Positions 9,916 through 20,437 of a DNA stretch of 64,000 nt are shown here, in pieces (the first letter of the stretch is position 1; every line of letters begins with the position of its first letter). Where the stretch lies: sequence record NZ_CP135254.1; one strand, written 5' to 3'. Below the pieces are notes generated by a model. The model had not been told where the DNA came from. It searched no databases and saw only the letters and a list, made by a program, of their open reading frames with translations. The translations under genes were made by a program, and so were the position numbers. The stretch is from a plasmid.

Positions 9916-12813
9916 CTAAGCTTTCGGTTCCTTGGGCCAAAGATATTCGCCAGTCAGTAGAATGTGCGCCCAGCCCAATGGGGATATGTGGGGAAGAAAT
10001 TCAGGGGGAACATCCAACCCTTCGTTCCGCCGCTCCGTGACGGCATGACCAAGATGGACGGTATTCCAGTAAATGATCACCGCAGTCAATAAATTGAGCC
10101 CAGCGATTCGGTAGTGCTGCCCCTCTGTCGTGCGATCGCGAATTTCCCCCTGCCTCCCGATACGGAGCGCATTTTTGAGCGCATGGTGGGCCTCTCCCTT
10201 GTTAAGACCGATCTGAGCACGCCGCTGCATGTCCGTATCCAGGATCCACTCAATAATGAAAAGGGTCCGTTCAATACGACCAACTTCACGAAGCGCAACT
10301 GCAAGGTTGTTTTGTCGTGGGTAAGAAGCGAGCTTGCGCAGGAGTTGGCTGGGCCTGATTTTGCCAGCGGTCATCGTCGCGGCACAACGGAAAATATCAG
10401 GCCAGTTCGCAACGATAAGATCCTCCCGGGCTTTTCCACCTACCAACTTGCGTAACTCCCTGGGGGTCGTATCGGGATTAAATACGTACAACCGCTTCGA
10501 TGGCAGATCCCTGATTCGCAGAACGAGATTGTAGCCGAGCAGGCTACTGGCTCCGAACAAATGGTCGGTGAATCCTGCTGTATCGGCATACTGTTCGCGA
10601 ACATGGCGACCGACCTCGTTCATCAGTAGTCCATCGAGAATATACGGTGCCTCGCTCACGGTCGCCGGGATCGACTGACAAGCGAATGGCGCGAACTGGT
10701 CGCTTACGTGAGTATACGCTTTGAGGCCGGGAACAGAACCATATTTGGCATTGACCATGTTCATGGCTTCGCCATGCCGCGCTGTCGGGAAAAACTGACC
10801 ATCGCTCGATGCTGACGTGCCCATCCCCCAGACGCGTGACATCGGCAGTTTACCCTGCGCGGCCACCACAATTGCCAATGCCTGGTTCATGGCTTCGCTT
10901 TCAACATGCCAGCGGGCAAGGCGTGAGAGCTGCCAGTAATCATGCGTGTTTGTAGCTTCCGCCATCTTACGCAGGCCCAGATTGAGCCCTTCAGCGAGCA
11001 GGACGTTGAGCAGACCGATCCGGTCGCGACATGGAGCCCCGGTTCTCAGATGGGTAAACGCATCTGTGAAACCAAGGGCTGCATCAACTTCAAGCAGCAT
11101 GTCGGTAATCCGAACGGACGGCATTCGGCGATACAGATCCAGTATGAGTGCCTCGGCACCATCCGGCACGTCTGCTGTCAACCTGTCGATCCGCAACGTT
11201 CCATCTTCTATGCTACCGTGCGGAATAGTGCCGTTACGGGCAGCCCGGGCCAGCCGCTTAAGAGCGATCGTGAGTCGCGCCTTTCTGTCTGCCAGCCAAT
11301 CCTGTGGGTTGGAAGGCACGGCCAGTTTTGCATTTTCCTGCGCCGCGATCATCGGCACCAGTACCTGCTTGAGGTCACCATAGCGGCGCGAATGAGCGAG
11401 CCAGACATCTCCGGAACGAAAAGCATCCCGGAGGTGAAAGAGTACAGCCACTTCCCAAAGACGGGTATCTCCTTTTTCCTGAGCTCGTAAATGACGGTTC
11501 CATTTGGAGCTGGGCCGCAGGAAACGCCTTTCTGGCGATGCAACACCTTTCATCTCTCCGATCGACAAAGCTGCTGCTACCAATGGTCCGGCGACCGGCG
11601 CGGCTTCGAGCTTCAGACAGCGCAACATGCGGGGCGCATAACGACGAAAGCGATGGTATCCCTGCCCGACATATGCAAGAGGCTCATCGGCTAGCGTGTT
11701 GCTGAGTTGAGTCCCTGTCGCTACCAGTTGAGCGAGCCGGTCCCATGCAACCGAACTGGCGACAGCCATCTCCAGCGGGGTTCCGTCACTGCGGGCCTCA
11801 AGCAACGAAGCTCCCAGCGCGGTGAAGGTACGGATCGTATCCGTGAGTGTGGCTTTAGAGCCGGAAATTGTTTCGTCATGCTGGCGCTTCGCTTCCCGCC
11901 AGGTTTTTCCTACGATCCTGTCATGGGTTTCGACTATGGCATCAGCAATCGCCGCTTCCCACTCCACAACACAGACGGCAAGGATCGCCCAGCGGCGGTC
12001 CGAAGTGATGTCACGCAAACCGTCGGTGAAGTAGCGTTCACCCTGCCGACGCAGCCGGGCAATGCGATGGGCAGGTATGCTGGCCAAAGCACTATGATTG
12101 ATATTCAGGGTACGCAGAAATTCGAGCCTGTCGAGCAAACGGTTAGCAGCAGCCGAGTTGTTACCAACCTCGAAGTTGCGAAGCCAGATGAAACGACTGA
12201 TATTGCCGGCGAGCATTTCACTCAGAAGTTTGTCCAGGTGATCGCGAACATCCGCTGTTAAATTTTCCGCAATCCGCGTTTCAATCCGCCGCTCAGCGGC
12301 GACCAGAGCATCCGCGCACAAGCGCTCGATTGTCGATACTGCGGGCAGAATGGTGGAAGTTTCCCGACACCGCACAATAAAACGATGAGCAAGATCCTCG
12401 TTTGATCTGGCATCTTCGGCCTGGCCGAAAGTCCACTCCCGCAGATCACGGGCACCACGGCCCGTGAAGGTCTTGTAGCCGTAAATTTCGCGCAGCGTGT
12501 CCATGTGCTGCTGACGGGTTTGGCGCCGTGTGGCATAAGTGAGAAGCGCATCAGCCGGAACTCCAAGCTGAGCACCGACGAAGGAAAGGACTTCACGCGG
12601 GATCATCTCACCAGGAGCCAGTGCACGGCCCGGATATCGTAAGGCACAAAGTTGCAGGGCAAAGCCAATCCTGTTTTCCGGTCTGCGGCGCTGCCTAATG
12701 TTTTCCAGGTCATCATCGCCCAGCGTGTAGAACTTCAGTAGCGACAGTTCGTCCGTGGGCAGATCGAACAGCGCTGCTCGCTGCCGTTCGGTGAAAATAT
12801 GGCGTCGTGACAT
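9916..12813 (-). CDS. tnpA: Tn3-family transposase TnpA
   Basis: 965 aa; N-terminus MSRRHIFTERQRAALFDLPTDE; the stop lies inside the IR. Confidence 0.95.
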   Translation of the reverse strand: MSRRHIFTERQRAALFDLPTDELSLLKFYTLGDDDLENIRQRRRPENRIGFALQLCALRYPGRALAPGEMIPREVLSFVGAQLGVPADALLTYATRRQTRQQHMDTLREIYGYKTFTGRGARDLREWTFGQAEDARSNEDLAHRFIVRCRETSTILPAVSTIERLCADALVAAERRIETRIAENLTADVRDHLDKLLSEMLAGNISRFIWLRNFEVGNNSAAANRLLDRLEFLRTLNINHSALASIPAHRIARLRRQGERYFTDGLRDITSDRRWAILAVCVVEWEAAIADAIVETHDRIVGKTWREAKRQHDETISGSKATLTDTIRTFTALGASLLEARSDGTPLEMAVASSVAWDRLAQLVATGTQLSNTLADEPLAYVGQGYHRFRRYAPRMLRCLKLEAAPVAGPLVAAALSIGEMKGVASPERRFLRPSSKWNRHLRAQEKGDTRLWEVAVLFHLRDAFRSGDVWLAHSRRYGDLKQVLVPMIAAQENAKLAVPSNPQDWLADRKARLTIALKRLARAARNGTIPHGSIEDGTLRIDRLTADVPDGAEALILDLYRRMPSVRITDMLLEVDAALGFTDAFTHLRTGAPCRDRIGLLNVLLAEGLNLGLRKMAEATNTHDYWQLSRLARWHVESEAMNQALAIVVAAQGKLPMSRVWGMGTSASSDGQFFPTARHGEAMNMVNAKYGSVPGLKAYTHVSDQFAPFACQSIPATVSEAPYILDGLLMNEVGRHVREQYADTAGFTDHLFGASSLLGYNLVLRIRDLPSKRLYVFNPDTTPRELRKLVGGKAREDLIVANWPDIFRCAATMTAGKIRPSQLLRKLASYPRQNNLAVALREVGRIERTLFIIEWILDTDMQRRAQIGLNKGEAHHALKNALRIGRQGEIRDRTTEGQHYRIAGLNLLTAVIIYWNTVHLGHAVTERRNEGLDVPPEFLPHISPLGWAHILLTGEYLWPKEPKA

Positions 12814-12907
12814 ACAAATTCGTCCCTTTTGAAGTATAGTCTGTTTTGGACAACAGCCAGCCCATATAAATCAGGGCGTTCCGATACAAAAATCCAGGAG
12901 GGTTCAA

Positions 12908-13513
12908 TTGGGACATCGTGCCGCCATTTACTGCCGGGTTTCAACAGCGGATCAGTCTTGTGAACGCCAGGAATTTGATCTGCGAGCCTTCGCCGGCCGT
13001 GCCGGCTACGACGTGGTGGGAATATTTAAGGAAACAGGTTCAGGAACTAAACTCGACCGGGCCGAGCGAAAGAAAGTCCTGGCGCTTGCCCAGTCCAGAC
13101 AAATTGATGCAATCCTGGTCACTGAGCTTTCCCGGTGGGGGCGCTCGACGCTCGATCTGCTCAATACGCTACGTGAACTGGAGAACTGGAAGGTTTCCGT
13201 GATAGCCATGAATGGAATGGCGTTCGATCTTTCGTCGCCGTATGGACGAATGCTGGCGACGTTTCTTTCCGGCATTGCGGAGTTTGAGCGGGATCTCATC
13301 AGCGAGCGGGTCAAGTCAGGCCTTGCTGTTGCGAAGGCACGTGGTAAGAGGCTTGGTCGTCAGGCCGGAGTGCGACCAAAATCAGACCGACTTTTGCCTA
13401 AGGTGGTTGCGATGAGGGCCGAGGGACGCAGCTATCGCTGGATCGCACGCGAGCTCGGTATCAGCAAGAATACCGTCGCTGACATCGTGCAACGACACAG
13501 AGCTAACGCTTAG
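12908..13513 (+). CDS. tnpR: serine resolvase TnpR
   Basis: AIYCRVSTADQ motif; 201 aa; the stop lies inside the right IR. Confidence 0.9.
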   Translation: MGHRAAIYCRVSTADQSCERQEFDLRAFAGRAGYDVVGIFKETGSGTKLDRAERKKVLALAQSRQIDAILVTELSRWGRSTLDLLNTLRELENWKVSVIAMNGMAFDLSSPYGRMLATFLSGIAEFERDLISERVKSGLAVAKARGKRLGRQAGVRPKSDRLLPKVVAMRAEGRSYRWIARELGISKNTVADIVQRHRANA

Positions 13514-14172
13514 GGTGTCATTTCGCCCTCAGCCGGAACCGACCCCGGCCATAACCGGGTGAACCCGTCGGTCCGCGGAATGGCCGCCGCGTAAAAGATC
13601 TCACAGCATCCGGCAAGCAATAAATATATCCAGCCCAAAACTTCTGGCCTCAGTGTTAACGAAATGCGCCATTTTGACCTGTGGTATGTCTTTTCTGACA
13701 GCCATTCGTCACCGGCATGGACGGATAATTATCCATCAGCTGCTGTTCAGGCTTTTCAGGATAATGCGGCTCAGAGCAGCATCTGTCTGCAAACGGTGTC
13801 CTGTGTAATCATTTTCCATCACTACCCGTGTCAGTTTACGTTGCCAGCTCTTACTGACAGATACTATTTACTGACACGCGGCGGATAGTAAATTTCAGCC
13901 ATGTTCTGGAAACAGACTGAGCAAATTTCTCAGAATGGAAACGCACCCTAGCCCCGCCAAGGCTTCGCTTTACGATAATTTACCTGAAGGCGGCCATTTA
14001 CCTGACGGTGCATGATAAAATGTAACCACAGACCGACCGAATTTAACTTATTAATTTAATTATCTAAATTTCTTACATCAGTCAATCAGGCTGTGCATTG
14101 CATTTTTGGAGTGCACAGTCTCTGGGTTGCCTGATTCACAATTCGTAAGTCAACATCTCAGGGGGAGATTAA

Positions 14173-15354
14173 GTGACAGAAAACCCAATCGGATTAACCA
14201 GAAAAGTTATCAAGCCCGTTTCTAATTTTTTCAGTTCACCTGTAGCGGGCGGTATTGTGCTTATTATTGCTTCGGCAGCCGCTATCATCGTGGCCAATTC
14301 GCCCCTCAGGGAAGGTTATGAAACACTCCTGAAATACAAAACAGCAGGCCTGTCCGTTGAGCACTGGATAAACGATGCCCTGATGGCCGTATTCTTTATG
14401 ATGGTCGGGCTGGAAATCAAGCGTGAGCTTGTCACCGGCCAGTTAGCCACCTGGAGCCAGCGTGCGTTGCCGGGCTTTGCCGCACTGGGTGGTCTGGCCG
14501 TACCTGCCCTGATTTACGTGGGGTTTAATGCCGGTCATGACGAAACCCTTTCCGGCTGGGCCATCCCGGCGGCCACGGATATTGCTTTTGCGCTCGGTGT
14601 ACTCGCCTTACTGGGCAGTCGTGTGCCAGTCTCGCTAAAAATTTTCCTGTCGGCGCTGGCTATTCTGGATGACATGGGGGCGGTGGCTATCATCGCGCTC
14701 TTCTATACCAGCAACATTTCGCTTCTGATGCTGGGTGGTGCAGCGGCAATGGTTGCTCTGCTGTTTAGCCTGAACCGTGCCGGCGTGACGCGCCTGCTGC
14801 CCTATCTGCTGACGGGGGGAGTACTGTGGTTTTTCATGCTTCAGTCAGGCGTGCATGCCACCGTCGCGGGTATCCTGCTGGCGTTCTTTATCCCGCTGCG
14901 AACCAGGAATGCGGCTGATGAAGTGCCTCTGGACAGGCTTGAGCATGCCATCAACCCCTGGGTCACGTTTATGATACTGCCGCTGTTTGGCTTCGCCAAT
15001 GCGGGCGTCGCGTTGTCGGGCATGACGATGAATGACCTGTTGTCGCCGGTTCCGGTAGGCGTGGCGCTGGGCCTGTTTTTGGGTAAACAGGCAGGTATCT
15101 TTGGCCTGTCGCTACTGGCCGTCAGCCTGGGCCTGGCGAAACGACCAGAGAAAAGTACCTGGTTACAGGTTTATGGTGTCTCGGTACTGTGTGGGATTGG
15201 TTTTACCATGAGCCTGTTTATCGGCAATCTGGCCTTTACAGGCAGCCCTCTGCTCGTTGATGAGGTCAAGGTGGGGGTTCTGGCAGGGTCCATACTGGCC
15301 GCTCTGGCCGGTATTTTGATACTGCGCTTTGCGCCTTCTAAGCAAGTCAGGTAA
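14173..15354 (+). CDS. nhaA: Na+/H+ antiporter NhaA
   Basis: 393 aa polytopic membrane protein with the NhaA-family N-terminus; GTG start. Confidence 0.9.
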   Translation: MTENPIGLTRKVIKPVSNFFSSPVAGGIVLIIASAAAIIVANSPLREGYETLLKYKTAGLSVEHWINDALMAVFFMMVGLEIKRELVTGQLATWSQRALPGFAALGGLAVPALIYVGFNAGHDETLSGWAIPAATDIAFALGVLALLGSRVPVSLKIFLSALAILDDMGAVAIIALFYTSNISLLMLGGAAAMVALLFSLNRAGVTRLLPYLLTGGVLWFFMLQSGVHATVAGILLAFFIPLRTRNAADEVPLDRLEHAINPWVTFMILPLFGFANAGVALSGMTMNDLLSPVPVGVALGLFLGKQAGIFGLSLLAVSLGLAKRPEKSTWLQVYGVSVLCGIGFTMSLFIGNLAFTGSPLLVDEVKVGVLAGSILAALAGILILRFAPSKQVR

Positions 15355-15374
15355 CGTATTATCTACAGGAAAAT

Positions 15375-15397
15375 CCCCGTGATAACGGGGGTTTTTT
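15375..15397 (+). terminator. rho-independent terminator after nhaA
   Basis: CCCCGTgataACGGGG hairpin followed by TTTTTT. Confidence 0.7.
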
Positions 15398-15780
15398 CAC
15401 ACTGTCAGTGTATATTCTGAAGAGAAAATTGAAATTATTTAATTTTATTATAAATAATTACCTTTCTATCTTTCACATTTTACAGGCGGAGCCCTGTTCA
15501 GATAAGTCAGGATGAACGCTGGCATATCAGTTAAAATATTATGTTATTCAAATAAATAGTCGGCTAACGTGGTTTTTTACACGACTGGCCCTCTAACCCC
15601 GCTACTGAATACTGACCGCCAAAAGGCGGTTTTTTTGTTCAAAGAAACTGATCTCAGTATCGCGCCCGGGGCAGCTGGCCAACGTCGCCGGCATCGCGCC
15701 GGCAAAAATCGAAAAACAGAAATATCAGCAAGATAGCTTAAACAGGTGTCGGGAAATTTCGTTGAGATATTTTGAAGGAA

Positions 15781-16095
15781 TCACAGTGTAAGCAGGCGCT
15801 TTTTCAGGGAGGCGCGTTCTTGCGGGTTGCGTCCCTTGTGATTGGCGATGCGATCCGCCGTGGCGGCCTGGCGCTTGACGGGCCAGTAGGAGCGGCCATC
15901 CTTGCCCATCGACCAGACGCTGCTGGCCTGGTTTTCCAGCAGGGGCAGATGGGCGCTCAGGGCTTCGGGCGACGCGCTGGTCAGCGCCGTGCGCTCACGG
16001 GTGCGCCAGCGCTGATGCCAGAGCTTCTTGTCCTCGCGCTCGCTGCCGCAGGTCGTGTGCCCGACGATGGGTGTTTTGCGGCGGCTGCGGCTCAT
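15781..16095 (-). CDS. hypothetical protein (high-GC passenger region)
   Basis: ORF only; opposite-strand ORFs overlap it in GC-rich DNA. Confidence 0.3.
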   Translation of the reverse strand: MSRSRRKTPIVGHTTCGSEREDKKLWHQRWRTRERTALTSASPEALSAHLPLLENQASSVWSMGKDGRSYWPVKRQAATADRIANHKGRNPQERASLKKRLLTL

Positions 16096-16349
16096 AACGT
16101 AGTGGTCTCCAAGAACATTCAGGACTGATCCCAGGCGTCGATGGTCAAGACCTGATCGGCAGGACAGGCGGCTACGCGGTCGGGAACTGGATGGTGTTCA
16201 GTCTCATGCCGACCCCATTCGATTGATCGCGTCGCTTGCGGCACGCTGCGACGCAAGGAGGTTTGCGACCTGGTTTAGCAGCCGTGTCCGCTGCATGTCT
16301 GTTACCTATCTCCCCGACCGCTCATTGGACCAACTCCAGAGATTGGGCT

Positions 16350-16706
16350 CTATCGCTCAGCCAATACGAAACCGGCATTGGCTGATGCCACAACCGAGAC
16401 TAACACAAATGGCTCGGTACCTGTATTTCGCGCCCCGTGCACTTGGCCCGGTCTTGCCACGGCTATCTCACCTTCCCTGAGGGCACGAACAATCCCATTG
16501 CCCTGAAAGTAATCAGCCATTCCCGACAAAACAGTCCACGTGTCTTGGCCGTGAGGATGAATGTGAGCCGCAATTTCCTGCCCGGGATGGACATGCCAAA
16601 CCACGATAATTGAGTCTCGGGTTTCAAGCACAACGGAACGAATAGGCTCGCCTTCGGACGGCTGAACATACTCGGCTACAGAAAATATTCTCGATTCAAC
16701 AGTCAT
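16350..16706 (-). CDS. cupin-domain protein
   Basis: HVHPGQEIAAHIHPHGQDTW two-His cupin motif. Start chosen at MTVESRIF, just after the HepT stop; the alternative MKTVTT at 16745 overlaps hepT. Confidence 0.55.
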   Translation of the reverse strand: MTVESRIFSVAEYVQPSEGEPIRSVVLETRDSIIVVWHVHPGQEIAAHIHPHGQDTWTVLSGMADYFQGNGIVRALREGEIAVARPGQVHGARNTGTEPFVLVSVVASANAGFVLAER

Positions 16707-17097
16707 CGGAGATCCCTCTTTCACAGTTGTCGTTACGGTCTTCATCGTCGGCATCCTGACGCACGGCGGGCAATTGCTGGAGCAACGCCGGCAGCCATTC
16801 CTGTACCGTCTCCCACACCACATCGAGGTTGATGTCGAAATAGCCGTGAGCCATGCGATTACGCATATTGCGCATGCTGCGCCACGGCACGTCGGCATGC
16901 GCCTGGGTGAACTCGACGTAGCCATCCATCACCTTTGTGGCCGCCTCGCCGATGACGATCAGGCTCATGATGACGGCCTGCTGGGTGCGCTTGTCGGCCA
17001 AGAAGTCGTCCTTGGCCATCCCTTCCACGAAGCTGCGCGCATCGGTTGCGGCCTGCTGAATGTGGTCGAGGTAATCGGGCAGGCGGTTCTCGCTCAT
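16696..17097 (-). CDS. hepT: HepT (DUF86) toxin of HepT/MNT toxin-antitoxin pair
   Basis: 133 aa; RNMRNRMAHGY motif (Rx4HxY). Confidence 0.8.
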   Translation of the reverse strand: MSENRLPDYLDHIQQAATDARSFVEGMAKDDFLADKRTQQAVIMSLIVIGEAATKVMDGYVEFTQAHADVPWRSMRNMRNRMAHGYFDINLDVVWETVQEWLPALLQQLPAVRQDADDEDRNDNCERGISDDC

Positions 17098-17390
17098 ATC
17101 GGTTGCGCCTCCGCGAGCACCTTGGCCCGGAACTTCGGCGGCAGGTCGCCGGGAGTCAGCAGATCGACGTCAACGCCGAGCAGCGATTTCAGTTCTTCTT
17201 CCAAATCGCCCAAGTCCAACAACGTGGCACCGGGCAGCGCATCGACCAACAGGTCGAGGTCGCTGCCATCCCGGTCGGTGCCATGCAGCACCGAGCCGAA
17301 GACGCGCGGGTTCGCGGCGCGAAAGCGGCCTACCGCTTCACGCACTGCGCTTCGCTTCATGTCAAGCACAACAGACGGTCGCATGCGCAT
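17094..17390 (-). CDS. mntA: MNT nucleotidyltransferase antitoxin
   Basis: VFGSVLHGTDRDGSDLDLLVD motif; overlaps the hepT start. Confidence 0.8.
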   Translation of the reverse strand: MRMRPSVVLDMKRSAVREAVGRFRAANPRVFGSVLHGTDRDGSDLDLLVDALPGATLLDLGDLEEELKSLLGVDVDLLTPGDLPPKFRAKVLAEAQPI

Positions 17391-17458
17391 CCTTTCTTAT
17401 CGAAACTCGTTGAGATGATATGCAATCAAGAATAGAATTTCAAGAAGAAGGAAACCGC

Positions 17459-20425
17459 ATGCCCCGCCGTTCGATCCTCTCCGCCGCCGAGCGCGAAAGC
17501 CTGCTGGCGTTGCCGGACACCAAGGATGAGTTGATCCGTCACTACACGTTCAGCGAAAGCGACCTCTCCATCATCCGGCAGCGGCGCGGCCCGGCCAATC
17601 GGCTGGGCTTCGCGGTGCAGCTCTGCTACCTGCGCTTTCCCGGCGTCATCCTTGGCGCTGATGAGCCACCGTTCCCGCCATTGCTGAGACTGGTCGCCAA
17701 CCAGCTCAAGGTCGGCATCGAAAGCTGGGACGAGTACGGGCAGCGTGAGCAGACCCGACGCGAGCACCTGGTCGAGCTGCAAACGGTGTTCGGCTTCCAG
17801 CCGTTCACGATTGGCCACTACCGGCAGGCTGTCCAGTTGCTGACCGAGCTGGCCATGCAAACCGACAAGGGCATCGTGCTGGCCAGAGCCTTGATCGAGC
17901 ACCTGCGGCGGCAGTCGGTCATTGTGCCCGCCCTCAACGCCGTCGAGCGGGCGAGCGCCGAAGCGATTACCCGCGCCAACCGGCGTCTCTACGACGCCTT
18001 GGCTGAGCCGCTGACGGACGTGCATCGCCGTCGCCTCGACGATCTGCTCAAGCGCCGCGACAACGGCAAGACGACGTGGCTGGCCTGGCTGCGGCAATCC
18101 CCGGTCAAACCGAACTCGCGGCACATGCTGGAACACATCGAACGCCTCAAGGCGTGGCAGGCGCTCGACCTGCCCTCCGGCATCGAGCGGCTGGTTCACC
18201 AGAACCGGCTGCTCAAGATCGCCCGCGAGGGCGGCCAGATGACGCCCGCCGACCTGGCGAAGTTCGAGCCGCAGCGGCGTTACGCGACCCTGGTGGCGCT
18301 CGCCATCGAGGGCATGGCCACCGTCACCGACGAAATCATCGACCTGCATGACCGCATCCTGGGCAAGCTGTTCAATGCCGCCAAGAACAAGCATCAGCAG
18401 CAGTTCCAGGCATCCGGCAAGGCGATCAATGCCAAGGTGCGGCTGTTCGGGCGCATCGGCCAGGCGCTGATCGAGGCCAAGCAAGCGGGCCGCGATCCGT
18501 TCGCCGCCATCGAGGCCGTCATGTCCTGGGATGCTTTCGCCGAGAGCGTCACCGAAGCGCAGCGGCTCGCGCAACCCGAGGACTTCGATTTCCTGCACCG
18601 CATCGGCGAGAGCTACGCCACGCTGCGCCGCTACGCGCCGGAATTTCTCGACGTGCTCAAGTTGCGGGCCGCGCCCGCCGCCAAGGACGTACTCGACGCC
18701 ATCGAGGTGCTGCGCAGCATGAACAGCGACAACGCCCGCAAGGTGCCCACCGACGCGCCGACCGAGTTCATCAAGCCGCGCTGGCAGAAGCTGGTGATGA
18801 CCGACACCGGCATCGACCGGCGCTACTACGAACTGTGCGCGCTGTCGGAGCTGAAGAACGCGCTGCGCTCCGGCGACATCTGGGTGCAAGGCTCGCGCCA
18901 GTTCAAGGACTTCGAGGACTACCTGGTGCCGCCCGCGAAATTCGCCAGCCTCAAGCAGGCCAGCGAATTGCCGCTGGCCGTGGCCACCGATTGCGACCAG
19001 TACCTGCATGACCGGCTGACGCTGCTGGAAACGCAGCTCGCCACCGTCAACCGCATGGCGCTGGCCAACGAGCTGCCGGACGCCATCATCACGGAGTCGG
19101 GCCTGAAGATCACGCCGCTCGATGCGGCGGTGCCCGATACCGCACAGGCCCTGATCGACCAGACGGCGATGATCCTACCGCACGTCAAGATCACCGAATT
19201 GCTGCTGGAGGTAGACGAATGGACGGGCTTCACCCGGCACTTCGCCCACCTGAAGTCAGGCGACCTGGCCAAGGACAAAAACCTGTTGCTGACCACGATC
19301 CTCGCCGACGCGATCAACCTGGGCCTGACCAAGATGGCGGAATCGTGCCCCGGCACGACCTACGCCAAGCTGGCCTGGCTGCAAGCCTGGCACATCCGCG
19401 ACGAAACCTACGGGGCGGCACTGGCCGAGCTGGTCAACGCGCAGTTCCGACATCCCTTCGCCGAGCATTGGGGCGACGGCACCACGTCATCGTCGGACGG
19501 CCAGAACTTCCGCACCGGCAGCAAGGCCGAGAGCACCGGCCACATCAATCCGAAATACGGCAGCAGCCCAGGGCGGACGTTCTACACCCATATCTCCGAC
19601 CAGTACGCGCCGTTCCACACCAAGGTCGTGAACGTCGGCGTGCGCGACTCGACCTACGTGCTCGACGGCCTGCTGTATCACGAATCCGACCTGCGGATCG
19701 AGGAGCACTACACCGACACGGCAGGGTTCACGGACCACGTCTTCGCGTTGATGCACCTGCTGGGCTTCCGCTTCGCCCCGCGCATTCGTGACCTGGGCGA
19801 CACCAAGCTCTACATCCCGAAGGGCGATGCCACCTACGAGGCGTTGAAACCGATGATCGGCGGCACGCTCAACATCAAGCACGTCCGCGCCCATTGGGAT
19901 GAAATCCTGCGGATGGCCACCTCGATCAAGCAGGGCACGGCGACGGCCTCGCTGATGCTCAGGAAGCTTGGCAGCTACCCGCGCCAGAACGGCCTGGCCG
20001 TCGCCCTGCGTGAGCTGGGACGCATCGAGCGCACACTGTTCATCCTGGACTGGCTGCAAAGCGTCGAGCTGCGCCGCCGCGTGCATGCCGGGCTGAACAA
20101 AGGCGAGGCGCGCAACGCGCTGGCCCGCGCCGTGTTCTTCAACCGCCTGGGGGAAATCCGCGACCGCAGCTTCGAGCAGCAGCGCTACCGGGCCAGCGGC
20201 CTCAACCTGGTGACGGCGGCCATCGTGCTATGGAACACGGTCTATCTGGAGCGGGCCGCGAACGCCTTGCGTGGCCACGGTCAAGCCGTCGATGACGGCC
20301 TGTTGCAGTACCTGTCGCCGCTCGGCTGGGAGCACATCAACCTGACCGGCGATTACCTCTGGCGCAGCAGCGCCAAGATCGGCGCGGGCAAGTTCAGGCC
20401 GCTACGGCCGCTGCAACCGGCTTAG
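17459..20425 (+). CDS. tnpA: Tn21-subfamily (Tn501/Tn1721-like) transposase TnpA
   Basis: Starts [31 protein letters not shown]...; ~988 aa; the stop lies inside the IR. Confidence 0.95.
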   Translation: MPRRSILSAAERESLLALPDTKDELIRHYTFSESDLSIIRQRRGPANRLGFAVQLCYLRFPGVILGADEPPFPPLLRLVANQLKVGIESWDEYGQREQTRREHLVELQTVFGFQPFTIGHYRQAVQLLTELAMQTDKGIVLARALIEHLRRQSVIVPALNAVERASAEAITRANRRLYDALAEPLTDVHRRRLDDLLKRRDNGKTTWLAWLRQSPVKPNSRHMLEHIERLKAWQALDLPSGIERLVHQNRLLKIAREGGQMTPADLAKFEPQRRYATLVALAIEGMATVTDEIIDLHDRILGKLFNAAKNKHQQQFQASGKAINAKVRLFGRIGQALIEAKQAGRDPFAAIEAVMSWDAFAESVTEAQRLAQPEDFDFLHRIGESYATLRRYAPEFLDVLKLRAAPAAKDVLDAIEVLRSMNSDNARKVPTDAPTEFIKPRWQKLVMTDTGIDRRYYELCALSELKNALRSGDIWVQGSRQFKDFEDYLVPPAKFASLKQASELPLAVATDCDQYLHDRLTLLETQLATVNRMALANELPDAIITESGLKITPLDAAVPDTAQALIDQTAMILPHVKITELLLEVDEWTGFTRHFAHLKSGDLAKDKNLLLTTILADAINLGLTKMAESCPGTTYAKLAWLQAWHIRDETYGAALAELVNAQFRHPFAEHWGDGTTSSSDGQNFRTGSKAESTGHINPKYGSSPGRTFYTHISDQYAPFHTKVVNVGVRDSTYVLDGLLYHESDLRIEEHYTDTAGFTDHVFALMHLLGFRFAPRIRDLGDTKLYIPKGDATYEALKPMIGGTLNIKHVRAHWDEILRMATSIKQGTATASLMLRKLGSYPRQNGLAVALRELGRIERTLFILDWLQSVELRRRVHAGLNKGEARNALARAVFFNRLGEIRDRSFEQQRYRASGLNLVTAAIVLWNTVYLERAANALRGHGQAVDDGLLQYLSPLGWEHINLTGDYLWRSSAKIGAGKFRPLRPLQPA

Positions 20426-20437
20426 CGTGCTTTATTT
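20421..20437. repeat. inner half of Tn21-type 38-bp IR (CTTAGCGTGCTTTATTT), interrupted by IS
   Basis: Continues at 21767..21787 (TCCGTTTTCTGAGGCGACCCC). Confidence 0.8.

Larger units (their letters stand above)
9883..13546. mobile_element. Tn3-family transposon, Tn5403-like (tnpA + tnpR only, 3664 bp)
   Basis: Perfect 38-bp terminal IRs GGGGTCGGTTCCGGCTGAGGGCGAAATGACACCCTAAG at 9883..9920 and 13509..13546. Divergent tnpA/tnpR with an intergenic res region. Confidence 0.85.

Noticed and set aside
15772-16128. Overlapping + (118 aa) and minus (104 aa) ORFs in the GC-rich segment left of the cupin gene; considered whether one is a truncated tnpR.
   Set aside because: Neither shows resolvase (serine or tyrosine) motifs. 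Only a low-confidence hypothetical on the minus strand was kept.
17426-19009. 527-aa minus-strand ORF, and other long antisense ORFs (e.g. 19487..20086, 18919..19356), inside the Tn21-type tnpA.
   Set aside because: These are typical shadow ORFs in high-GC DNA, antisense to a strongly conserved transposase; no motifs seen.
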